Source: Candidatus Krumholzibacteriota bacterium (lineage in GTDB: Bacteria; Krumholzibacteriota; Krumholzibacteriia; LZORAL124-64-63). From it: a stretch of DNA of 64,000 bases. Below the pieces are notes generated by a model. The model made no database searches and was not told the DNA's origin. It saw only the letters and a list, made by a program, of their open reading frames with translations. Of this stretch, positions 9,458 through 18,154 are shown one piece after another. The number at the start of each line of letters is the position of its first letter. Positions within the stretch are counted from its first letter, which is position 1. Position numbers and translations under genes: made by a program. The DNA lies in the NCBI GenBank assembly GCA_039714075.1, contig JBDLKA010000007.1, positions 828 through 64,827 of the forward strand, in the 5' to 3' direction.

Positions 9458-10180
9458 CTACTCCAATCCGCCTCCCACACGGTGGAACCGCAACTCGCAA
9501 AACTGCTTGAATCGATTCATGATATTGGCCGTGACGCGGTTGTGGACCGCCTCCCATCCCTTGCTGACCAGGCGGCTCAACCGGGACGACTTCCTGCCGT
9601 AAAAATCGAAACCCACCATGAGGAACATCTGGGTCATCTCGGTTTCGCCCAGGGCCTGGATGGGGGAACGGGTGAACATGCAAAAATGCCCGATCGGGTA
9701 ACCTCCGGTCGTCCGGAAGAGCACGAAACGGGCATTGTCGGTTTCGGTGCCGTCCACCTGTCGCTGGAGGCGAGAGACCGTCAGATTGAAAAGGGGGATG
9801 TAACGCAGACCCAAAAACCGGTGTTTGCGTCCGAAGGGATATTGCCGCTGGCCGAAAAGGAAGATACTGATGTGGTCGAGCCCCTCCTGCTGGCGCTCGA
9901 CCTCGGCGATATGGTTCGGCCAGCAGGTGGAATCACCGTCCCAACGCAGGATTTCGTCGAAGACATACCGGATCGGGACCTGGATGCCGATCTGGTGGAC
10001 ATTGAGCATGGAATAGAGGGAAACGTCGATCTGCAGCCGCTGCATGATGCGTTGGCTGTAGTCCTCACGCTTGGCGGACGTATCGAATTTGATCAGCGTG
10101 TCGACCGGGGGCCGGCGCACCAGATAATCGGCGATATCCCGCAAGATGCCCTTGATCCAGGTGGAGGATCGAAATTTCAA
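9458..10180 (-). CDS. Hypothetical protein (240 aa), family not recognised
   Basis: Protein-like composition on the minus strand (K/F/Y/I-rich), in contrast to the antisense + ORF 9449..10747, which is R/G/P-rich. Slightly lower local GC. Confidence 0.5.
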   Translation of the reverse strand: MKFRSSTWIKGILRDIADYLVRRPPVDTLIKFDTSAKREDYSQRIMQRLQIDVSLYSMLNVHQIGIQVPIRYVFDEILRWDGDSTCWPNHIAEVERQQEGLDHISIFLFGQRQYPFGRKHRFLGLRYIPLFNLTVSRLQRQVDGTETDNARFVLFRTTGGYPIGHFCMFTRSPIQALGETEMTQMFLMVGFDFYGRKSSRLSRLVSKGWEAVHNRVTANIMNRFKQFCELRFHRVGGGLE

Positions 10181-10384
10181 CCACTGCGCCTCCCAATTGA
10201 TCCGTCCGCCTTATCACCATTGCGGTTACGGTTGAGCGATTATAGCACAGATGATCGGCCGAAACTTCGCTTGTACACAGGCCGGCTTACTTGGCATAGA
10301 CACACCAAAACAAAAGGACCAGCACCAGCCGGCCCCCTCTTCAGGTCGAGGTCGTCCTTTCGGGGGAACGAACTCGGACCCCGC

Positions 10385-10519
10385 CTACCGATAGAGACTC
10401 TTCAGGGAACCCCAATTCGTTTTTTCATTGGCCACTATGGTATCAACCAGCAGAAGGTAGTCTTTCAATTCCCCGTCCTCGAATACCCCCGAGCCGTCCC
10501 AGTTGGGAATCCCGACGGG
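10385..10519 (-). pseudogene. Orphan C-terminal module (~45 aa) of the WGSLKSLYR family. Remnant or cassette downstream of the family-2 gene's terminator.
   Basis: Translation '...FPVGIPNWDGSGVFEDGELKDYLLLVDTIVANEKTNWGSLKSLYR*' matches the C-termini at 8786..9391, 10728..11453 and 62724..63350. The upstream in-frame sequence is low-complexity and crosses a terminator, so there is no plausible start or RBS. Confidence 0.35.
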
Positions 10520-10670
10520 GAAGTTCGTGGTGGTGAAACGACTCCAGACGAAACCGCGTTTGGCTGCCGTCGCGCCTCCCCGATTCTCCCGGCGCTGGTC
10601 TTTCGACCTGACGGCAGTGCTGTTGAAACCGGTTGTTTGCGCAGAGGGAGAAGCCTTACAAAAATCTTCA

Positions 10671-10699
10671 AAAAAAAACCCCGGATTGTGATCCGGGGC
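10671..10699 (-). terminator. Rho-independent terminator of the family-2 gene
   Basis: Minus strand reads CCCCGGAT-caca-ATCCGGGG followed by T9, 29 nt after the stop at 10728. Confidence 0.75.
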
Positions 10700-10727
10700 T
10701 TCTTCAACCTTAATACGGCGGCAGAAA

Positions 10728-11453
10728 CTAGTGGAACAGACTCTTGATCGCGCCCCAGGCTCTCGATTCGACACCGACAGGCGGTGCCGCACACACGATA
10801 TCACCGTAGACGATAAGCTTGCCGCCGCCGGTCTTGTCACCTTTGGATTTCATACCGGACATATCCACCCAACCGTTTCCGTTGTTGATGAACTCGGTGC
10901 AGGCCTGGGGATCGTTGTCGATCACCAGATTGGCCGGAGCACCGCCTTCATAGGCCAGCGAAAGAAAATAGTCGTTGCCGAGAGGGAAAGGTCCACAACC
11001 CAACAGGGGCACGGTTATGGTCTGGATGCCCGGGTCGTTGACATTGACAACGATATCCGGGCCGATACACAACGGGGGTCCCGGTTCAAAACAGCCCGAG
11101 CCCGCATTGAATACCGCGCTGAGCAGGGAGGGTGTGACGGCCAGTGTCTGGGGAATCTGGTTCGCTTCGAAATCGACCAGCATGGTTATCGTCTCGAGCG
11201 TGAAGTGCTCCTCGGGGCAACCGCACTGATCGCTGGGCTTGACATGATAGGCGTACGCCTCGTTGCCGGTGAACACGTCAGGATAAGAAGGAATGACCGG
11301 CGGATTGAGATTACCGATTAGGCAATCGCCGTTCGGCAGGTACGAGTCAGGAAGATCGATGCCACCCGAGCCGTCTCCGGCCAGCGCAACGCCCGCCGCC
11401 ACAAGCAGTGTCACCGCGATCAACAGGCATTTGAAGTGGTGCATTTTCATCAT
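10728..11453 (-). CDS. Secreted Cys-rich protein, family member 2 with conserved C-terminal '...AWGAIKSLFH' tail
   Basis: RBS AAGGAGGA. Signal peptide 'MMKMHHFKCLLIAVTLLVAAGVALA'. Cys motifs 'DQCGCPEE', 'GSGCFEPGPPLC'. Ends 'RAWGAIKSLFH*'. Confidence 0.7.
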   Translation of the reverse strand: MMKMHHFKCLLIAVTLLVAAGVALAGDGSGGIDLPDSYLPNGDCLIGNLNPPVIPSYPDVFTGNEAYAYHVKPSDQCGCPEEHFTLETITMLVDFEANQIPQTLAVTPSLLSAVFNAGSGCFEPGPPLCIGPDIVVNVNDPGIQTITVPLLGCGPFPLGNDYFLSLAYEGGAPANLVIDNDPQACTEFINNGNGWVDMSGMKSKGDKTGGGKLIVYGDIVCAAPPVGVESRAWGAIKSLFH

Positions 11454-11564
11454 GGAGTCCTCCTTTTCCGGTCTGATGACATCATTTCATCCAGTTGATG
11501 AACAATGGGGTCACAGTTTTTGAATCCTACCAGATATGAATGTTTTTTTCAATTGCAGCAGGTT

Positions 11565-12389
11565 TTATCGCTCTTGGTGCAGTGCATTCAGCAACGCAAG
11601 GGCTTGAGAACCGTAAACGGGACTATTAAGCAGGACTGTAAGAAACTCTTCTGCCGCGTCGGGTTGATTGGACACCAGATGGGCCTGAACCAGATACCAT
11701 TGTGCTCTCTCACGCACCGGCCGTATCGGTGAAGCCGCGGCCCCGGAAAGGGCTTCAGCAGCGGCAGGCACGTCACCGGCAAGCAGCAGACTCACGCCAC
11801 GGTACAATTCGGCCTGATCGCTGAACCCGGCCTGCCGGGCCGGCGCCGAGTCGGGGAACTGAACCAAAAGGTCCCGCACCAGGGTCAATTCCCGCACAGC
11901 GGAGACATAATCACCGGTGACATAGCTCTCCATACCCCGGTCGAAAACAACCGCGGTGCTGTCGCTTCCACCGGAACGTACTTCGATGTGGGTATAGACC
12001 AAGGGGTCCAGAACCGCGAAATCGCCGTAGGAAAAGTCGACCTCGCCCCGGGGCCACAACAGAACCAGGGCCAGGGTTGCCGCCACGACGATCGGCGCCA
12101 ACACGCGGCCTCCGCCCCTGTTGTTCAACCAGTCGACCAACCGCCGCCACAAACCCGGCTGCGCTGCGGCCACGGATCGCGCAAAGGCCTGCTTGAAGGT
12201 GCCCGGATCAGAAGTCATGGCCACCGCGGCAGGAGCATGGACGTAGAGTTCGGTCAGACAATCTTCGCAATCGGTCAGATGGGTTTCGAAGGCGGCGCGT
12301 TCACAATCCTCCAGCAGACCCATTTCATAGGCCGCCAACCGGTCGCAGGTATCGTGGCGGTTCCGGTTCTTATCCGACATGATTCCCAC
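11565..12389 (-). CDS. Zinc-binding (ZAS-type) anti-sigma factor, single-pass membrane protein
   Basis: N-terminal 'HLTDCEDC' (HxxxCxxC ZAS motif), a TM helix 'VLAPIVVAATLALVLLW', and a ~150-aa extracytoplasmic C-domain. Overlaps the upstream sigma gene by 20 nt. Confidence 0.7.
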   Translation of the reverse strand: MGIMSDKNRNRHDTCDRLAAYEMGLLEDCERAAFETHLTDCEDCLTELYVHAPAAVAMTSDPGTFKQAFARSVAAAQPGLWRRLVDWLNNRGGGRVLAPIVVAATLALVLLWPRGEVDFSYGDFAVLDPLVYTHIEVRSGGSDSTAVVFDRGMESYVTGDYVSAVRELTLVRDLLVQFPDSAPARQAGFSDQAELYRGVSLLLAGDVPAAAEALSGAAASPIRPVRERAQWYLVQAHLVSNQPDAAEEFLTVLLNSPVYGSQALALLNALHQER

Positions 12390-12990
12390 CTTCTTGCCTG
12401 CTTTGCATGAGAGTTCTCAGATGCGCCCGGCATCGGTGCAGATTGGTGTAGAAACTGCCCCTATTCATCTTGGGGTACTCCTTCTGCACCATCTGAAGGG
12501 CCCGGCTGGAGACCTGATTGGGCGACCCGCCCTTTTCCAGACTGTCGAGAAGTCCGTGGAAGATCCGGGCACACCGGGGAAACCGGCGGCCCATCTCCGC
12601 GATTGCCGCCATCAGGGCGGCGGTTGTTTCGGCCAACATGGTCTCACCCAGATAGTCTTCTTCAGAGCCCGCGTCGAGGGGAAGTTCCTCGACGAAATCG
12701 AGCCTTTCCCTTTCGCGGCCTCTTGCCTGATAATGATTGCCGATGACATTTCGCAACACAGTCAGCCCCCAAACCAGGATTCCGGTTCCCTGTTTGATTT
12801 CGCCGTAGCGATCAAATACGATCCCCAGAGCATCCTGAACCACATCCTCCGCGTGGTCCGCCTGCACCCTTCGTTTGGCCAAGGAGAGAAATCTTACACG
12901 GAGATCTTCAAAAAGGGCGCTCTGGGCCCGGGCATCGCCGGAAAGGGCAAGTCGGTGCAGGTTGTCCAGGGTCTGGGCGTCGATGGGCAT
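12370..12990 (-). CDS. ECF-type RNA polymerase sigma factor (sigma-70 regions 2 and 4)
   Basis: Region-2 'DAEDVVQDALGIVFDRYGEI' and region-4 HTH near the C-terminus. Start placed at the internal Met 'MPIDAQTL' (12990), giving a ~206-aa product and a 135-bp divergent intergenic region. Confidence 0.75.
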   Translation of the reverse strand: MPIDAQTLDNLHRLALSGDARAQSALFEDLRVRFLSLAKRRVQADHAEDVVQDALGIVFDRYGEIKQGTGILVWGLTVLRNVIGNHYQARGRERERLDFVEELPLDAGSEEDYLGETMLAETTAALMAAIAEMGRRFPRCARIFHGLLDSLEKGGSPNQVSSRALQMVQKEYPKMNRGSFYTNLHRCRAHLRTLMQSRQEGGNHVG

Positions 12991-13125
12991 CGTGTCAAGT
13001 TTCGCAAAGGTACCGTGCGGATCACACGCATGATCGCACCGGAGCAGCGAGGAGAACCGATCATGTTCGACAATCGTCGCTTTGGCAAGACTCTTGTTGT
13101 CCGGGGCCTGCACCCGTTATTGGTG

Positions 13126-16047
13126 ATGATTGCCTGTGTTTTGGCAGGAACTGCGGACACGGAAGCCGCCCTGGCCCAGCCCGGAAGCGAAGAAGCCTGG
13201 GTTCAAATGGTTCGCGGCAATAAAAACGCGGCCGGTGAGGCCGCCGCCGGCAAAGACGGAATCCTGGACCGCTGGATTCGGGCTGAACTGACGCTATCCC
13301 CCACCAATGGCGCCGCGACCGCTTCCGATCAAGTCTTTCGCGCCGCGGCAGCATTTACCGAACGTGATTTCGGATCCTGCCTTGAAAGTGTAACGGCATT
13401 GCTGACCGACGCCGAAAATGCCGACCGCACTCATCTGCTCCTGCGCCAGGGAGCATGCCTGGTGGAATTGAATCGCATCAGTGAGGCAGACTCTGTTTTG
13501 ACGGTGGCCATTGGTGAGGCCAAACGGCTTGACTTGCCCGTGTCCGAGTGTTTCGGATTGCTGCACCGCGGACGCGGGCGCGTGCGTACGCGGCAGGTGG
13601 AGCCCCCCCGCGCGGACTTGACCGTCGCCCTGGAAATGTGCCGGCAACTGGATCTGCCGAGTTGGGGCGGCCGGGCAGCCATCGCCCTTTCGGTGGTCAG
13701 CCGCTTGCAGATGAATCTGCCGGATGCCCTGCAGTGGCGACGTCGGGCACTCGAGTTGTACCGGGCGGCCGGCGACATCCGTGGGCAGGCCATCGCCACC
13801 CATTACATCGGCGCCATCCAGCAGATGCAGGGCGATTTGACCCGCGCCATCCAGAGCTACCAGGACGCCCTTGTCCTGGCGCGGCAAAGCGGTGTCGCGG
13901 GCACCGAAGGCAGCGTGCTGGGCGAAATGGCCGGCGCCAACTACCTGCTCGGAGACTACGACCAGGCCCTGGACCAGTATCGCGAAGCAATTCGGCTGGC
14001 GGAAAACCCCTGGCGCCGAGGCATGATGCTCATCAACATCGGCTCGATCCTTGAATACCGCGGCGAATACGAAGAGGCGATCGTGGTGCAGCGCGAGGCC
14101 CTGGAGCTGATGCGCCAGGTCGGCGATCACCGTAGCGAAGCGGCGGCCCTCGCGTCGCTGGGCGAAACCCTCTGCGAGATGAAACGATTCACCGAAGGCC
14201 TGGCCTACCTGGACCAGGCCGTGACCGTGGCCCGCCAATACGACATGCCCATGTACGAAGCCTTTGCCCTGAAGAGCAAAGGCCACGGCTTGTTCGACAG
14301 CGGGGACAACCCGGGTGCCATGGCCGCCCTGACCGAAGCCACAACCGTCGCCCGCAGCATCGATTATTTTGAGATACTGGAGTACGCGCTGCTGGGCCAG
14401 GCCATGGTCGCGCGACGTGAAGGAAACCCCGCCGAAGCATTGCTGTATCTAGAGGAAGCCATGGCCGAAGTAGCCGAAGTGCGCCGACGCAGCAGCGGCG
14501 CTTCGGACGTGACCAGCGGTATCGTCGGCCAGGCCGGGGGGATTTTTCGCGAGGCAATCGACCTACTCTATCTCCTGCACCAACAGGATCCCGGCCGCCA
14601 ACTGGACCGCCGGGCTTTTGCCATCGCCCAGCAGGCCAAGGCCCGCGCTTTCCTCGACTTGCTGGCCGAGGCGGAATTCGATCTGCGGTACAGCGCGGTA
14701 CCCGGTTACCGTCAGACCGAGAGCGAAATCCTGACGCGAATCATCGGCCTGGAAAAGCGGTTGGTGACGGCCGTGCCGGATTCGGCCGGTCGCCTGAAAG
14801 CCGAACTGGCCGCCGCCGAAGACGAACTCCAGGTGCTTGAAGCTCGCCTGCGCGCCGAAGACCCACGCTACGCCGCCATCCTATATCCCGAGCCGATGGG
14901 CCTGGACGAAGTCCAGTCCGGTTTGTTGGCGCCGGGCGAATTGTTCCTGGAATACGCATTGGGTGACAGCGCCTCCTATGTGTGGGCGATCGACAGCCAG
15001 GGGGCCGAGATGGTCGCCTTGCCGCCCGGAACGGATATCGAGGCGAAAGTACGGGAATTACTGCCCCTGCTGCAGGACATCAACCTGACGGGCGGGGACT
15101 TGGCCTGGCTTGCTCCGACCGCCCGCGAATTGGGCCGTCTGCTGCTGGATCCAGTGCGGGAAAAGCTGCAGGCCGCCGACCGGGTGACGGTCTCGCCCGA
15201 CGGGATCCTGCACTACCTGCCCTTCGAGACGCTGCTGACCGACGACACCACCGGCCCGTTGGCCTGCGACCTGCCGTGGTTGATCCGGGACAAGGTTGTG
15301 GCGGTCACACCGTCAGCCAGCGTCCTGGCCACTGTCACGCGTCGGCTTGCTGCCGCGGCAGCCTCGCCGTGGCTGTTGGTGGGAGATCCGTTGCTGGTCA
15401 GAGGCGCCGAGGCCGGACTCTTTGCGCGGGCCGCCGGGGCCCGTGACCTGGCGCCTCTGCCCCATGTGCCCGGCGAGTTGGATCGGCTGGGCGAGTTGGC
15501 TCCGGCATCCGGAAGTCGTCAACTGCGCGCCGAGAAGGCGACGGTTGCCGGAGTAAGGGAAAACGGCGCCGACGGCCCCTGGGCCCAGGTTCATTTCGCG
15601 ACCCACGGCCTGATGAACGAGGATCGCCCCCGCTATTCGGGTCTGGTGCTCAGTCCCGATCCCACGACGGACGACGACGGTTTTCTCAGCGTCTCGGACG
15701 TTTTCGGATTGCGGCTGAACTGCGATCAGGTTGTTCTGTCGGCCTGTTCGACCGCCCTGGGCGAGAACGTTTCGGGTGAGGGCCTGGTCGGCCTGACGCA
15801 GGGATTCATGTTTGCCGGGGCACGCTGCGTCCTGGCTTCCCTGTGGGATGTTTCCGGTAAGGCGACGGCGGCATTCATGTCAACCTACTACACCCACCTG
15901 GCGACCGGCGCAAACGACCGGGCGGAGGCCCTTGCGGCGACCAAACGAACCCTGATCTGTGGGGATCCGGAAAACCCTGCCGCCGGATTGCGATACTCGC
16001 ATCCGGCTTTCTGGTCGGCCTTTGTGCTCAGCGGACAGGGCCGTTAG
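13126..16047 (+). CDS. Exported TPR-repeat protein with C-terminal CHAT (caspase-like) protease domain
   Basis: Signal-peptide-like 'MIACVLAGTADTEAALAQ'. Multiple TPR-like repeats ('YIGAIQQMQGDLTRAIQSYQDAL', 'ANYLLGDYDQALDQYREAI', etc.). CHAT block 'HFATHG...SACSTALG...ASLWDVSG' with the His/Cys dyad present. The portion of the ORF upstream of 13126 is an antisense shadow of the sigma gene. Confidence 0.85.
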   Translation: MIACVLAGTADTEAALAQPGSEEAWVQMVRGNKNAAGEAAAGKDGILDRWIRAELTLSPTNGAATASDQVFRAAAAFTERDFGSCLESVTALLTDAENADRTHLLLRQGACLVELNRISEADSVLTVAIGEAKRLDLPVSECFGLLHRGRGRVRTRQVEPPRADLTVALEMCRQLDLPSWGGRAAIALSVVSRLQMNLPDALQWRRRALELYRAAGDIRGQAIATHYIGAIQQMQGDLTRAIQSYQDALVLARQSGVAGTEGSVLGEMAGANYLLGDYDQALDQYREAIRLAENPWRRGMMLINIGSILEYRGEYEEAIVVQREALELMRQVGDHRSEAAALASLGETLCEMKRFTEGLAYLDQAVTVARQYDMPMYEAFALKSKGHGLFDSGDNPGAMAALTEATTVARSIDYFEILEYALLGQAMVARREGNPAEALLYLEEAMAEVAEVRRRSSGASDVTSGIVGQAGGIFREAIDLLYLLHQQDPGRQLDRRAFAIAQQAKARAFLDLLAEAEFDLRYSAVPGYRQTESEILTRIIGLEKRLVTAVPDSAGRLKAELAAAEDELQVLEARLRAEDPRYAAILYPEPMGLDEVQSGLLAPGELFLEYALGDSASYVWAIDSQGAEMVALPPGTDIEAKVRELLPLLQDINLTGGDLAWLAPTARELGRLLLDPVREKLQAADRVTVSPDGILHYLPFETLLTDDTTGPLACDLPWLIRDKVVAVTPSASVLATVTRRLAAAAASPWLLVGDPLLVRGAEAGLFARAAGARDLAPLPHVPGELDRLGELAPASGSRQLRAEKATVAGVRENGADGPWAQVHFATHGLMNEDRPRYSGLVLSPDPTTDDDGFLSVSDVFGLRLNCDQVVLSACSTALGENVSGEGLVGLTQGFMFAGARCVLASLWDVSGKATAAFMSTYYTHLATGANDRAEALAATKRTLICGDPENPAAGLRYSHPAFWSAFVLSGQGR

Positions 16048-16084
16048 CACCTGTTGCACCGGATCGACCTGGACTGAGAGATAA

Positions 16085-16118
16085 TGAAAAGCGGCCCCGG
16101 ACTCGCGCCCGGGGCCTG
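16085..16118 (-). terminator. Probable intrinsic terminator for the minus-strand T9SS-CTD gene (convergent with the CHAT gene)
   Basis: GGCCCCGG-n8-CCGGGGCC hairpin followed on the minus strand by GCTTTTCATTAT. Confidence 0.5.
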
Positions 16119-16142
16119 GCATCTCCCTCCAGTGAAATGCCG

Positions 16143-18056
16143 TTACTTGAGCATGGCGATCTTCTGGATCGCAACCTGCCCCCCACTCTCCATGCGGATG
16201 AAGTACATGCCGCTGGCGACCTGACGTCCGGTGTCGTCCTGGCCATGCCATACCAACTGGTGCACCCCGGCCTGTTTCACACCGTCAACCAGCGTGGCCA
16301 AGCGGCGTCCGGCAATGTCCACGATGGACAACCGGACATGACCCGCCTTGGCCAGACTGAAGCGCAGAGTCGTGCTCGGATTGAACGGGTTGGGATAGCT
16401 GGGTTGCAGGTGGATGCTGCTGTGAGTGCCCTGCGGTACGGCGCTGGCACTTCCCAGCCTCACGCACAGGTCGTCGATGTAGAATTGCTGACCGCCGACA
16501 AGCAGGCGCTGCAGGTTACCGACCAGGGTCACGGTGCCGTAGATATAACCGGGACCGCCGGTGACCGAGACATTCACACTGACACCGGGGAAGAATCCCG
16601 CCGGGATGGTTTCGATCGGTCCGACGTACAGAATACCGTCAATGCCCAGGTTCTCGACGCCCGAACCCTTTACGTAATCGAAACTTACCGAAGCGACGGG
16701 CACGAAGGGCGTCAGATCGTAGGTCACGCCGATGTTGTTGATGTGCAGAACATTGCCGGTACCCAGGGGCCCCCAGGGAGCACCCGTGCTGACGCTGTTG
16801 AACTGCAACCCGGAGCCGTCGTCGAATTCGGCCAGACCAACGTCGATACCGTCTTCGGTGAAGATCACATCGCCCGGCAGATCGCCGTAGGGTCCGCCCC
16901 AGAACATGCCCGCTGGCTGGCTTTCGTTGTCGCTGACGAGGTCACAATCGTTGGCGCCGCCGACTTCCTTGACACAGACATTGTCGACCATGAATTCCTG
17001 GCCGGCCAAAAGCAGTTTTTGGACGTCGCCGGTCAGAACCACTTCGCCCCGCTGCCCGACTGGCATCGGGAACGTGGTTACGCTCATCGTCACGCCGGGC
17101 GCGACCGCGGTCGGGAACAGATCAAGGTCGCCGATATGCAACGTGGCCCCGTTGACCTGCAGGTTCTCCATGCCCCCCAGATCGATATACTCGAAGCTGA
17201 CGCTCTGCACCAGGATACCGAGGGCGCTGATATGGTACTCGTTGGATACGTTGTTGATGTTCATGGCCAGACCGGAACCGAAATCGGCAATGCCCGGAGC
17301 CTGGATGTCACAGAAGTTGAAGCCGGTGGGTCCACCCCAGTCGATCACCCCGATATGCACCGGAATGCCGTCCTCGACGAACATCAGGTCGCCGGGTAAA
17401 TGGGTGCCTGAACCCCAGGTATTGCCCACGGCCTGACTCTCATGGTCGACAAGATAGTCACAGCCGCCGACAATCGGGCTCACATAGCCATTGTCGCAGC
17501 GTACATGGTCGATCCACAACTCCTGGCCGCCCACCTGCATTGTGGCCACCGGACCGGTGAGGGTCACCAGACCTTTCACCCCACCCCCGGGGACCGCAAT
17601 CGTGGTGACGTTCATCGTCACTCCGGGGGCTACCAGTCCCGCCAGGCTGGCAAGATTCGGCCCCTCGAGCACGACCCCGAATCCGTTGACTTGCATATTC
17701 ACCGAACCACCCTGGTTCAGGTATTCGAAGGTAACGTCGGCGGCGGAACTGAAATCAAACAGAACGCCGACGTTGTTGATTTCCAGGGTCTGATTCGTGC
17801 CGAAAAAGATGGGACTTCCGTACATAGGGTCGATCTGGGCGTAATTGAAATAGGGAGTTCCCCCGCTGTAGAAGTTCGCCAGGTGAAGATTGGCACCGTA
17901 TTCGTGGAACATGAAGGCACCGGGCAGCATGCCGGACGGGATACCATAGAAGGTGCCCAGGGGTTCGTTGTCGAAGGTGACGTTATCGGCTAAGGCATTG
18001 CCGGACAGCAGCAGGCTGAGCAGCAATATGGTTAATATGCGCAGGTTCGATTTCAT
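16143..18056 (-). CDS. Secreted protein with three ~200-aa tandem internal repeats and a T9SS type-A C-terminal sorting domain
   Basis: Start at Met 'MKSNLRILTILLLSLLLSGNALA' (18056). Three repeats each contain 'N[LM]QVNG...APGVTM[NS]VTT...LTG.V..L.V.GQE...D.VC'. CTD 'YPNPFNPSTTLRFSL...GMYFIRMESGGQVAIQKIAMLK'. Confidence 0.8.
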   Translation of the reverse strand: MKSNLRILTILLLSLLLSGNALADNVTFDNEPLGTFYGIPSGMLPGAFMFHEYGANLHLANFYSGGTPYFNYAQIDPMYGSPIFFGTNQTLEINNVGVLFDFSSAADVTFEYLNQGGSVNMQVNGFGVVLEGPNLASLAGLVAPGVTMNVTTIAVPGGGVKGLVTLTGPVATMQVGGQELWIDHVRCDNGYVSPIVGGCDYLVDHESQAVGNTWGSGTHLPGDLMFVEDGIPVHIGVIDWGGPTGFNFCDIQAPGIADFGSGLAMNINNVSNEYHISALGILVQSVSFEYIDLGGMENLQVNGATLHIGDLDLFPTAVAPGVTMSVTTFPMPVGQRGEVVLTGDVQKLLLAGQEFMVDNVCVKEVGGANDCDLVSDNESQPAGMFWGGPYGDLPGDVIFTEDGIDVGLAEFDDGSGLQFNSVSTGAPWGPLGTGNVLHINNIGVTYDLTPFVPVASVSFDYVKGSGVENLGIDGILYVGPIETIPAGFFPGVSVNVSVTGGPGYIYGTVTLVGNLQRLLVGGQQFYIDDLCVRLGSASAVPQGTHSSIHLQPSYPNPFNPSTTLRFSLAKAGHVRLSIVDIAGRRLATLVDGVKQAGVHQLVWHGQDDTGRQVASGMYFIRMESGGQVAIQKIAMLK

Positions 18057-18154
18057 GGTTCTTCCTCCTGGGGTTTGAGGTTGCGGCGATATTCCGCGTC
18101 CACAGGAGGATTGTTTTGATGTCGCTGAAATCCTTACAAAAAATCTTGAAAAAA

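Noticed and set aside
9449-10747. 432-aa + strand ORF spanning the 9458..10180 region
   Set aside because: Its composition (R/G/P/D/H-rich) is that of an antisense frame. The opposite-strand 240-aa ORF looks protein-like and ends at a bidirectional terminator (9420..9450).
12379-13125. N-terminal 249 codons of the 1222-aa ORF-track entry for the CHAT gene
   Set aside because: This stretch is the antisense shadow of the ECF sigma gene (12370..12990). The real CHAT gene starts at the signal-peptide Met (13126) after a 135-bp divergent intergenic region.
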